A DNA stretch of 64,000 nucleotides. It comes from Amphiscolops sp. MND2022. Taxonomy: Eukaryota. The notes below the pieces were generated by a model, which saw only the letters and a program-made list of their open reading frames with translations, had not been told where the DNA came from and made no database searches. The stretch covers positions 45,510,001-45,574,000 of the forward strand of contig OZ076409.1 of assembly GCA_964187785.1 (NCBI GenBank). The letters run 5' to 3'. Numbering within the stretch: position 1 is the first letter of the stretch; the number at the start of each line of letters is the position of its first letter. The translations under genes and the position numbers were made by a program. This document shows, in pieces, positions 1-12,576 of the stretch.

Positions 1-1230
1 TATAGAGATATTATCAGAATAAGGACTGAATTTAAAGAAAAAAGGTTCAAACTCTGGAATGACAACAAAAATCGATGAAGATACGTCAAAACACCGGAAA
101 AACAGCTAACATCAATGCGTACAGTAAAAGTTGGCCTTGACCAACTTAAAGTATTTTTAGGTGTTATTCCTCCACCGAAGTGATTTTTCCAAAACGAGGA
201 CTAAAGTTTAAGAAAAAAGGTCCAATCTCTGGAATAACAACTAAAATCGATGAGGATACGTCTAAACACGGGAAAACAGCTGAAATCAATGCGTACAGTA
301 GAACTAGGCCTTAGTTTATCCAATTAAAGTCATATAAGGCGTTATTCTACCACAACAGTGGTTTATCAGAATAAGGACTAAAAGAAAAGAAAAAAAGTCC
401 AAACTATGGAATGACGACAAAAATCGATGAAGATACGTCTAAACACCGGAAAACCGCTAAAATCAATGCGTACATTAGAATTAGGCCTAAGTTTATCACA
501 TTAAAGCAATTTTAGGCGACTCGACGACTATAGAGATATTATCAGAATAAGGACTGAATTTAAAGAAAAAAGGTTCAAACTCTGGAATGACAACAAAAAT
601 CGATGAAGATACGTCAAAACACCGGAAAAACAGCTAACATCAATGCGTACAGTAAAAGTAGGCCTTGACCAACTTAAAGTATTTTTAGGTGTTATTCCTC
701 CACCGAAGTGATTTTTCCAAAACGAGGACTAAAGTTTAAGAAAAAAGGTCCAAATTCTGGAATAACAACTAAAATAGATGAGGATACGTCTAAACACGGG
801 AAAACAGCTGAAATCAATGCGTACAGTAGAATTAGGCCTTAGTTTATCCAATTAAAGTCATATAAGGCGTTATTCTACCACAACAGTGGTTTATCAGAAT
901 AAGGACTAAAAGAAAAGAAAAAAGGTCCAAACTATGGAATGACAACAAAAATCGATGAAGATACGTCTAAACACCGGAAAACCGCTAAAATCAATGCGTA
1001 CATTAGAATTAGGCCTAAGTTTATCACATTAAAGCAATTTTAGGCGACTCGACCACTTTAGAGATATTATCAGAATAAGGACTGAATTTAAAGAAAAAAG
1101 GTTCAAACTCTGGAATGACAACAAAAATCGATGAAGATACGTCAAAACACCGGAAAAACAGCTAACATCAATGCGTACAGTAAAAGTAGGCCTTGACCAA
1201 CTTAAAGTATTTTTAGGTGTTATTCCACCA
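1..1230 (+). repeat. 3-monomer HOR, period 528 bp
   Basis: The variant GGACTGAATTTAAAGAAAAAAGGTTCAAAC recurs at 23, 551 and 1079. Confidence 0.9.
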
Positions 1231-4200
1231 CTGAATTGAATTTTCCAAAACACGGACTAAAATTTCAGAAAAAAGGCCCGAACTCTGGAATAACAACTAA
1301 AATCGATGAGGATACGTCTAAACACCGGAAAACCGCTAAAATCAATGCGTACATTAGAATTTGGCCTTAGTTTATTACATTAAACAGTTTTAGGCGATTT
1401 CACCACTATAATGATTTTATCAGAATTAGGACTAAAAATAAAGGAAAAAGTTCCATACTAATGAATGACGACAAAAATCGATGAAGATACGTCTAAACAC
1501 GAATAGCGGCTAACTTCAATTTTTACAGTACAATAACGCCTTGTTTTACAAAATTAAAGTAATTTTAGGTGTTATACCACCACTGAAGTAATATTTCCGA
1601 AACAAGGACTAAAATTTAAGAAAAAAGGTCCAAATTCTGGAATAACAACTAAAATCGGCGAGGATACGTCTAAACACCGGAAAACAGCTAAAATCAATGC
1701 GTACAGTAGAATTAGGCCTTGTTTTATCAGATAAAAGTGATTTTAGGCGATTCCACCACAATAGTGATTTTATCAGAATAAGGACTAAAAGCAAAGAAAA
1801 AAGGTCCAAACTCTAGAATGACGACAAAAATCGATGAAGATACGTCTAAACACGAATAACGGCTAACATCAATGCTTACAGTACAATAAGGCCTTGTTTT
1901 ACCAAATTGAAGTGATTTTAGGTGTTATTCCACCACTGAAGTTGTATTTCCAAAACAAGGACCAAAATTAAAGAAAAAAGGTTTGAACTCTGGAATGACG
2001 ACTAAAATCGATGAAGATTGGTCCAAACACTGGGATAACGGCTAAGATCAATGCGTACAGTATAAGTAGGTCTTTACCATTTTAAAGTATCTTTAGGTGT
2101 TATTCCACCACTGAAGTGATATTTCCAAAACAAGGACTAAAATTTAAGAAAAAAGGTCCAAACTCTGGAATAACAACTAAAATAGATCAGGATACGTCTA
2201 AACACCGGAAAACCGCTAAAATCAATGCGTACAATAGAATTAGGCCGAAGTTTATCACATTAAAGCGATTTTAGGCGACTCGACCACTAAAGGGATTTTA
2301 TAGGAAATCGGACTAAAATTAAAGAAAAAAAGGTCCAAACGCTGGAATGACGACAAAAATCAATGAAGATACGTCTAAACACGGATAACGGCTAACATCA
2401 ATGCTTACAGTACAATAAGGCCTTGTTTTACCAAATTGAAGTGATTTTAGATGTTATTCCACCACTGAAGTTGTATTTCCAAAACAAGGACCAAAATTAA
2501 AGAAAAAAGATTCAAACTCTGGAATGACGACTAAAATCGATGAAGATTGGTCCAAACACTGGAATAACGGCTAAGATCAATGCCTACAGTATAAGTAGGT
2601 CTTGACCATTTTAACGTATCTTTAGGTGTTATTCCACCACTGAAGTGATATTTCCAAAACAAGGACTAAAACTTAAGAAAAAAGGTCCAAACTCTGGAAT
2701 AACAACTAAAATCGGCGAGGATACTTCTAAACACCGGAAAACAGCTAAAATCAATGCGTACAGTAGAATTAGGCCTTATTTTATTAGAAAAAAGTGATTT
2801 TAGGCGATTCCACCACAATAGTGATTTTATCAGAATAACGACTAAAAATAAAGAATAAAGGTCCAAACTCTAGAATGACGACAAAAATCGATGAAGATAG
2901 GTCTAAACACGAATAACGGCTAACATCGAGGCTTACAGTACAATAAGGCCTTGACCATTTCAAAGTATCTTTAGGTGTTATTCCACCACTGAACTGAATT
3001 TTCCAAAACACGGACTAAGATTTCAGAAAAAAGGCCCGAATTCTGGAATAACAACTAAAATCGATGAGGTTACGTCTAAACACCAGAAAACCGTTAAAAT
3101 CAATGCGTACATTAGAATTTGGCCTTAGTTCATTACATTAAACAATTTTAGGCAATTTCACCACTATAATGATTTTATCAGAATTAGGACCAAAAATAAA
3201 GGAAAAAGTTCCATACTAATGAATGACGACAAAAATCGATGAAGATACGTCTAAACACGAATAGCGGCTAACATCAATTCTTACAGTACAATAACGCCTT
3301 GTTTTACCAAATTAAAGTAATTTTAGGTGTTATACCACCACTGAAGTAATAGTTCCAAAACAAGGACTAAAATTTAAGAAAAAAGGTCCAAATTCTGGAA
3401 TAACAACTAAAATCGGTGAGGATACGTCTAAATACCGGAAAACAGCTAAAATCAATGCGTACAGTAGAATTAGGCCTTGTTTTATCAGATAAAAGTGATT
3501 TTAGGAGATTCCACCACAATAGTGATTTTATCAGAATAAGGACTAAAAGCAAAGAAAAAAGGTCCAAACTCTAGAATGACGACAAAAATCGATGAAGATA
3601 CGTCTAAACACGGATAACGGCTAACATCAATGATTACAGTACAATAAGGCCTTGTTTTAACAAATTGAAGTGATTTTAGGTGTTATTCCACCACTGAAGT
3701 TGTATTTCCAAAACAAGGACCAAAATTAAAGAAAAAAGGTTCGAACTCTGGAATGACGACTAAAGTCGATGAAGATTGGTCCAAACAATGGAATAACGGC
3801 TAAGATCAATGCGTACAGTATAAGTAGGTCTTGACCATTTTAAAGTATCTTTAGGTGTTATTCCGCCACTGAAGTGATATTTCCAAAACAAGGACTAAAA
3901 TTTAAGAAAAAACGTCCAAACTCTGGAATAACAACTAAAATCGGCGAGGATACGTCTAAACACCGGAAAACAGCTAAAATCAATGCGTACAGTAGAATTA
4001 GGCCTTGATTTATCAGAAAAAAGTGATTTCAGGCGATTCCACCACAATAGTGATTTTATCAGAATGAGGACTAAAATTAAAGAAAAAAGGTCCAAACTCT
4101 AGATTGACGACAAAAATCGATGAAGATAGGTCTAAACACGAATAACGGCTAACATCAATGCTTACGGTACAATAAGGCCTTGACCATTTTAAAGTATCTT

Positions 4201-6100
4201 TAGGTGTTATTCCACCACTGAATTGAATTTTCCAAAACACGGACTAAAATTTTAGAAAAAAGGCCCGAACTCTGGAATAACAACTAAAACGATGAGGTTA
4301 CGTCTAAACACCGGAAAACCGCTAAAATCAATGCGTACATTAGAATTTGGCCTTAGTTTATTACATTAAACAATTTTAGGCGATTTCACCACTACAATGA
4401 TTTTATCAGAATTAGGACTAAAAATAAAGGAAAAAGTTCCATACTAATGAATGACGACAAAAATCGATGAAGATACGTCTAAACACGAATAGCGGCTAAC
4501 ATCAATTCTTACAGTACAATAACGCCTTGTTTTACCAAATTAAAGTAATTTTAGGTGTTATACCACCACTGAAGTAATATTTCCAAAACAAGGACTAAAA
4601 TTTAAGAAAAAAGGTCCAAATTCTGGAATAACAACTAAAATCGGTGAGGATACGTCTAAACACCGGAAAACAGCTAAAATCAATGCGTACAGTAGAATTA
4701 GGCCTTGTTTTATCAGATAAAAGTGATTTTAGGCGATTCCACCACAATAGTGATTTTATCAGAATAAGGACTAAAAGCAAAGAAAAAAGGTCCAAACTCT
4801 AGAATGACGACAAAAATCGATGAAGATGCGTCTAAACACGGATAACGGCTAACATCAATGCTTACAGTACAATAAGGCCTTGTTTTAACAAATTGAAGTG
4901 ATTTTAGGTGTTATTCCACCACTGAAGTTGTATTTCCAAAACAAGGACCAAAATTAAAGAAAAAAGGTTCGAACTCTGGAATGACGACTAAAATCGATGA
5001 AGATTGGTCCAAACAATGGAATAACGGCTAAGATCAATAAGTACAGTATAAGTAGGTCTTGACCATTTTAAAGTATCTTTAGGTGTTATTCCACCACTGA
5101 AGTGATATTTCCAACACAAGGACTAAAATTTAAGAAAAAAGGTCCAAACTCTGGAATAACAACTAAAATCGGCGAGGATACGTCTAAACACCGGAAAACA
5201 GCTAAAATCAATGCGTACAGTAGAATTAGGCCTTGATTTATCAGAAAAAAGTGATTTCAGGCGATTCCACCACAATAGTGATTTTTATCAGAATAAGGAC
5301 TAAAAATAAAGAAAAAACGTCCAAACTCTAGAATGACGACCAAAATCGATGAAGATAGGTCTAAACACGAATAACGGCTAACATCAATGCTTACGGTACA
5401 ATAAGGCCTTGACCATTTCAAAGTATCTTTAGGTGCTATTCCACCACTGAATTGAATTTTCCAAAACACGGACTAAAATTTTAGAAAAAGGCCCGAACTC
5501 TGGAATAACAACTAAAATCGATGAGGATACGTCTAAACACCGGAAAACCGCTAAAATCAATGCGTACATTAGAATTAGGCCTTAGTTTATCACATTAAAC
5601 AATTTTAGGCGATTTCACCACTATAATGATTTTATCAGAATTAGGACTTAAAATAAAGGAAAAAGTTCCATACTAATGAATGACGACAAAAATCGATGAA
5701 GATACGTCTAAACACGAATAGCGGCTAACATCAATTCTTACAGTACAATAACGCCTTGTTTTACCAAATTAAAGTAATTTTAGGTGTTATACCACCACTG
5801 AAGTGATATTTCCAAAACAAGGACTAAAATTTAAGAAAAAAGGTCCAAATTCTGGAATAACAACTAAAATCGGTGAGGATACGTCTAAACACCGGAAAAC
5901 AGCTAAAATCAATGCGTACAGTAGAATTAGGCCTTGTTTTATCAGATAAAAGTGATTTTAGGCGATTCCACCACAAAAGTGATTTTATCAGAATAAGGAC
6001 TAAAAGCAAAGAAAAAAGGTCCAAACTCCAGAATGACGACAAAAATCGATGAAGATAGGTCTAAACACGACTAGCGGCTAACATCAATGCTTACAGTACA
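1230..6100 (+). repeat. 7-monomer HOR, period ~1229 bp (with one 10-mer unit); boundaries approximate
   Basis: Near-identical spurious ORFs used as markers recur at 2666/3895 and 2784/4013 (offset 1229) and at 3367/4595/5824 (1228, 1229). 1609 to 3367 is 1758 bp, i.e. 10 monomers. Confidence 0.85.
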
Positions 6101-9100
6101 ATAAAGCCTTGACCATTTTAAAGTATCTTTGAGTGTTATTCCACCACTGAATTGATTTTTCCAAAACAAGGACTAAATTTTAAGAAAAAAGGCCCGAACT
6201 CTGGAATAACAACTAATATTGATGAGGATACGTCTAAACACCGGTAAACCGCTAAAATCAACGTACATTAGAATTAAGCCTTAATTTATCACATTAAACA
6301 ATTTTAGGCGATTTCACCACTTTAATGATTTTATCAGAATTAGGACTAAAAATAAAGGAAAAAGTTCCGTACTAATGAATGACGACAAAAATCAATGAAG
6401 ATACGTCTAAACACGAATAGCGGCTAACATCAATTCTTACAGTACAATAACGCCTTGTTTTACCAAATTAAAGTAATTTTAGGTGTTATACCACCACTGA
6501 AGTAATATTTCCAAAACAAGGACTAAAATTTAAGAAAAAAGGTCCAAATTCTGGAATAACAACTAAAATCGGTGAGGATACGTCTAAACACCGGAAAACA
6601 GCTAAAATCAATGCGTACAGTAGAATTAGGCCTTGTTTTATCAGATAAAAGTGATTTCAGGCGATTCCATTACAATAGTGATTTTATCAGAATAAGGACT
6701 AAAAGCAAAGAAAAAAGGTCCAAACTCTAGAGTGACGACAAAAATCGATGAAGATAGGTCTAAACACGACTAGCGGCTAACATCAATGCTTACAGTACAA
6801 TAAGGCCTCGACCATTTTAAAGTATCTTTGAGTGTTATTCCACCACTGAATTGATTTTTCCAAAACAAGGACTAAAATTTAAGAAGAAAGGCCCGAACTC
6901 TGGAACAACAACTAAAATCGATGAGGATACGTCTAAACACCGGTAAACCACTAAAATCAATGCGTACATTAGAATTAGGCCTTAGTTTATCACATTAAAC
7001 AAATTTAGGCGATTTCACCACCATAGTGATTTTATCAGAATTAGGACTAAAAATAAAGAAAAAAATTCCAAACTAATGAATGACGACAAAAATCGATGAA
7101 CATACGTTTAAACACGAATAGCGGCTAACATCAAAGCGCACAGTACAATAACGCCTTGTTTTACCAAATCAAAGTAATTTTAGGTGTCATACCACCACTG
7201 AAGTGATATTTCCAAGACAAGGACTACAATTTAAGAAAAAAGGTCCAAACTCTGGAATAACAACTAAAATCGGTGAGGATACGTCTAACAACAGGAAAAC
7301 AGCTAAAATCAATGCGTACAATAGAATTAGGCCTTATTTTATCAGAAAAAAGTGATTTTAGGCGATTCCACCACACTAGTGATTTTATCAGAATAAGGAC
7401 TAAAATTAAAGAAAAAAGGTCCAAACTCTAGAATGACGACAAAAATCGATGAAGATAGGTCTAAACACGAATAACGGCTAACATCAATGCTTACAGTACA
7501 ATAAGGCCTTGTTTTACTAACTTAAAGTATCTTTAGGTGTTATTCCACCACTGCAGTGATTTTTCCAAAACAAGGACTGAAATTTCAAAAAAAGGTCCAA
7601 ACTCTGGAATAACGACTAAAATTGATGAAGATACGTCTAAACACCGGAAAAACAGCTAAGATCATTGCGTACAGTATACGTAGGCCTTGACCAACTTAAA
7701 GTATCTTGAGGTTTTAATCCTCCACCGAGGTGATTTTTCCAAAACGAGGACTAAAACTCAAGAAAAAGGTCCAAACTCTGGAATAACAACTAAAATCGAT
7801 GAGGATACGTCTGAATACCGGAAAACCGCTAAAATCAATGCGTACATTAGAATTAGGCCTAATTTTATCACATTAAAGCGATTTTAGGCGATTCGACCTT
7901 TAAAGAGATTTTTTCGGAATTAGGACTGAAATTGAAGAAAAAAACGTCCAAACTCTGGAATGACGACAAAAATCGATGAGGATACGTCTAAACACGAATA
8001 ACGACTAACATCAATGCATACAGTACAATAAGGCCTTGTTTTACCAAATTAAAGTGAATTTAGGTGTTATTCCACCACTGAAGTGAATTTTCCAAAACAA
8101 GGACTAAAATTTAAAAAAAAGGTTCAAACTTTGGAATGACGACTAAAATCGATGAAGATTGGTCCAAACACTGGAATAACGGCTAAGATAGATGCGTACA
8201 GTATAAGTAGGCCTTGACCATTTTAAAGTATCTTTAGGTGTTATTCCACCACTGAAGTGATATTTCCAAAACAAGGACTAAAAATTAAGAAAAAAGGTCC
8301 AAACTCTGGAATAACAACTAAAATCGGCGAGGATACGTCTAAACACCGGAAAACAGCTAAAATCAATGCGTACACTATAAGTAGGCTTTGACCAACTTAA
8401 AGTAGTTTTAGGTAATATTCCACCACTGAAGTGATTTTTCCAAAACGAGAACTAAAATTTAAGAAAAAAAGTCCAAACTCTGGAATAACAACTAAAATCG
8501 ATGAGGATACGTCCAAACACCGGAAAACCGCTAAAATTAATGCGTACATTAGAATTAGGCCTCAGTTTTTCACATTAAAGCGATTTCACTACTATAATGA
8601 TTTTTTCAGAAATAGGACTGAAAATAAAGAAAAAAAGTCCAAAGTCTAGAATGACAACAAAAATCGATGAAGATACGTCTAAACACGAATAGCGGCTAAC
8701 ATCAATGCTTACAGTACCATAACGCCTTGTTTTACCAAACTAAAGATTTTTTAGGTGTTTTATCACCACTGAAGTGATATTTCCAAAACAAGGACTAAAA
8801 TTTAAGAAAAGAAGTCCAGACTCTGGAATAACAACTAAAATCGATGAGGATACGTCTGAACACCGGAAAACCGCTAAAATCAATGCGTACATTAGAATTA
8901 GGCCTAAGTTTATCACATTAAAGCGATTTTAGGCGATTCGACCACTATAGTGATTTTATCGGAATTAGGACTGAAATTGAAGAAAAAAACGTCCAAACTC
9001 TGGAATGACGACAAAAATCGATGAAGATACGTCTAAACACGAATAACGACTAACATCAATGCTTACAGTACAATAGGGCCTTGTTTTACCAAATTAAAGT

Positions 9101-12024
9101 GATTTTAGGTGTTATTCCACCACTGAAGTGATTTTTCCAAAACAAGGACTAAAATTTTAAAAAAAAGGTTCAAACTTTGGAATGACGACTAAAATCGATG
9201 AAGATTGGTCCAAACACTGGAATAACGGCTAAGATAGATGCGTACAGTATAAGTAGGCCTTGACCATTTTAAAGTATCTTTAGGTGTTATTCCACCACTG
9301 AAGTGGTTTTTCCAAAACGAGGACTAAAATTTAAGAAAAAAAGTCCAAACTCTGGAATAACAAACTAAAATCGATGAGGATACGTCCAAACAGCGGAAAA
9401 CCGCTAAAATTATTGCGTACATTAGAATTAGGCCTCAGTTGTTCACATTAAAGCAATTTCACTAATATAATGATTTTTTCAGAAATAGGACTGAAAATAA
9501 AGAAAAAAGTCCAAAGTCTAGAATGAAAACAAAAATCGATGAAGATACGTCTAAACACGAATAGCGGCTAACATCAATGCTCACAGTACCATAAAGCCTT
9601 GTTTTACCAAACTAAAGTAATTTTAGGTGTTTTATCACCACTGAAGTGATATTTCCAAAACAAGGACTGAAATTTATGAAAAAAAGTCCAGACTCTGGAA
9701 CAAACAACTAAAATCAATGAGGATACGTCTAAACACCGGAAAACAGCTAAAGTCAATGCGTACAGTAGAATTAGGCCTTATTTTATCAAATAAAAGTGAT
9801 TTTAGGCTATTCCACCACTATAGTGATTTTATCAGAAAAAGGACTAAAATTTAAAAAAGTCCAAACTCTAGAATAACGACAAAAATCAATGAAGATAGGT
9901 CTAAACACGAATAACGGCTAATATCAATGCTTATAGTACAATAAGGCCTTGTTTTACCAACCTAAAGTATCTTTATGTGTTATTCCACTACTGAAGAGAT
10001 ATCAAAACAAGGACTAAAACAAAAAGAAAAAAGGTTCAAACTCTGGAATGACAACTAAAATCGATGCAGATACGTCTAAATACCGTCAAAACAGCTAAGA
10101 TCAATGCGTACACTATAAGTAGGCTTTGACCAACTTAAAGTAGTTTTAGGTAATATTCCACCACTGAGATGATTTTTCCAGAACGAGAACTAAAGTTTAA
10201 GAAAAAAGGTCCAAACTCTGGAATGACAACTAAAATCGATGATGATACGTCTAAACACCGGAAAACCGCTAAAATCAAAGCGTACAATAGAATTAGGCAT
10301 TAGTTTATCACAATAAAGCGGTTTTAGGCGATTCCACCACAATAGTGGTTTGGTCCAAACTATGGAATGACAACAAAAATCGATGAAGATACGTCTAAAC
10401 ACGAATAGCGGCTAAAATCAATGCTTACAGTACAAGAACGCCTTGTTTTACCAAACTAAAGTAATTTTAGGTGTTATACCACCACTGAAGTGATTTTTAC
10501 AATACAAAAACTGAAATTTAAGAAAAAAAGTCCAAACTCTGGAATAACAACTAAAATCGATGAGGATACGTCTAAACACCGGAAAACAGCTAAAGTCAAT
10601 GCGTACAGTAGAATTAGGCTTTATTTTATCAAATAAAAGTGATTTTAGGCGATTCCACCACTATAGTGATTTTATCAGAATAAGGACTAAAATTAAAGAA
10701 AAAAGGTCCAAACTCTGGAATGACCACAAAAGTCGATGAAGATACGTCTAAACACGAATAATGGCTAACAATAATGCCTACAGTCCCATAAGGCCTTGTT
10801 TTACCGAATCAAAGTGATTTTAGGTGTTTTCCACTACTGAAGTGATATTTCCAAAACAAGGACTAAAATAAAAGAAAATTGGTCCAAACTCTGGAATAAC
10901 AACTAAAATCGGTGAAGATACGTCTTAACACCGGAAAAACAGCTGCAATCGATGCGTAAAGTTGCATTAGGCCTCAGTTTATCAAATTAAAGCGACTTTA
11001 GGCAATCCCACGGCAATAGTGATACTATCAGAAAGAAACTGAAATTAAAAGAATAAGGTCCAAACTCTGGAATAACGACTAAAGTCGATGAAGATACGTC
11101 TAAACACCTGAAAAACAGCTAAAATCAATTCCTAAAGTAGAATTTTATCAAATTAAAGTGATTTTAGGCGATTCCAACACTACAGTGTTTTTATCAGAAG
11201 AAGTGCTAAAATTGAAGAAAAAAGGTCCAAACTGGATTGACGACAAAAATCGATGAAGATACGTCTAAACACGAATAACGGCTAACATCAATGCTTACAA
11301 TACAATAAGGCCTGGTTTTATCAAATTAAAGTTATTTTAGGTGTTATTCCACCACTGGAAACATTTTTCCAAAACAACGACTAAAATTTAAGACAAAAGG
11401 TCCAAACTCTGGAGTAACGACTAAAATCGATGAAGATACGTCTAAACACCGGAAAAGCAACTAAAATCAATGCGTAAAACAGAATTAGGCCTTGGTTCAT
11501 CAAATTGAAGTGATTTTAGGCGATTTCACCACTATTGTGATAATATCAAAATAAGGACTAAAAATAAAGAAAAAAGGCCCAAATACTGGAATAGCGGCTA
11601 AAATCGATGCTTACGAAACAATTAGGCCTTTGATTAGCAAATTAAAGTAATTTTAGGTGTTATTCTTCCACTGAAAAGATTTTTCCAAAACAAGGACTAA
11701 AATATAAGAAAAAAAAGGTCCAAACTCTGGATTAACGACTAAAATTGATGAAGATACGTCTAAACACCGGAAACGCAGCTAAAATCAATGCGCAAAGTAC
11801 AATTAGGCCTTGGTTCATTGAATTAAAGTGATTTTAGACGATTCCTCCACTAGTGTGATACTATCAAAATAAGGACTAAAATTGAAGAAAAAGGCCCAAA
11901 TACTGGAATAGCGGCTAAAATCGATGCTTACAAAACAATTAGGCCTTGGTTTAGCAAATTAAAGTGATTTTAGGTGTTATTCCTCCACTGAAAAGATTTT
12001 TCCTAAACAAGGACTAAAATTTAG

Positions 12025-12040
12025 GAGAGAGAGAGAGAGA
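12025..12040. repeat. (GA)8 microsatellite, the 3' tail of the LINE
   Basis: GAGAGAGAGAGAGAGA lies directly at the satellite/LINE junction. Confidence 0.9.
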
Positions 12041-12161
12041 CAACACTATATTATTGTAAGGGAATAGCTGGCAGCTTACCATACAATAGGTGTAGATGAC
12101 TTATGCAAGCATAAGTAGTTTTCTCGAACTTTACAACAATTAAAAAGAAAGACAGATAAGT

Positions 12162-12576
12162 TTATTTGAATCGGAAATCACGCCAGGTACTAGATACTTG
12201 AAGAGGAACTGCATTTGACTCTTTTTTCAGATGAATTTTCAATCTACTTTTGAATACATGTAAATTCACACTTGGATCTCGCATATGTAGTGGTAGTGAG
12301 TTCCACTTCAGAGCAGTACAATGAAAGAATGATGAAGTTGAAACAGATGAAAAATTACCCGTATGAATAACTTGATTCGTACGGGAATTCCATCGATATG
12401 TTGCTGTAGGTAACTTCAACTGGTTTTGGAAAGCTTTTTTTTATTATCAATGTACTGAAAGAAGTAAATCAGGGATTTAAACATAATCAGGTGACGTATA
12501 CTGATTATACCTTTGTTTTTTCTCAATTCATGAGATGACTTGATACTCGAACGAAAAATTACGCTCTTCAAAGACC
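12162..12576 (-). pseudogene. LINE ORF2 C-terminal fragment with one frameshift
   Basis: ORFs 12416-12607 and 12162-12419 join into one peptide (SLKSVIFRSS...QYIDNKK/AFQNQLKLPTATYRW...WRDFRFK*) if the T8 run at 12435-12442 is changed by one base. Confidence 0.75.

Larger units (their letters stand above)
1..12023 (+). repeat. Satellite DNA array, left segment (~176 bp monomers, head-to-tail)
   Basis: Anchor GGACT recurs at 23, 198, 375, 551 (spacings 175/177/176). Approximate monomer consensus: GGTCCAAACTCTGGAATRACRACWAAAATCGATGARGATACGTCTAAACAC...CTAAAATCAATGCKTACAGTA..TTAGGCCTTG...AAAGTGATTTTAGGTGTTATTCCACCACTGAAGTGATTTTTCCAAAACAAGGACTAAAA. Runs off the left edge. Confidence 0.98.
12024..12576 (-). 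mobile_element. 5'-truncated non-LTR retrotransposon (CR1/L2-group LINE): ORF2 C-terminus, ~120 bp 3' UTR and (TC)n tail
   Basis: Non-satellite insert. The - strand translation ends ...SFFHCTALKWNSLPLHMRDPSVNLHVFKSRLKIHL..., matching the WNxLP...FKxxLK signature of CR1/L2-group ORF2 C-termini. The 3' end is a simple-repeat tail. The interrupted monomer rejoins across the insert (GGACTAAAATTTA | AGAAAAAACGTCCAAACTCTGG). Confidence 0.85.
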
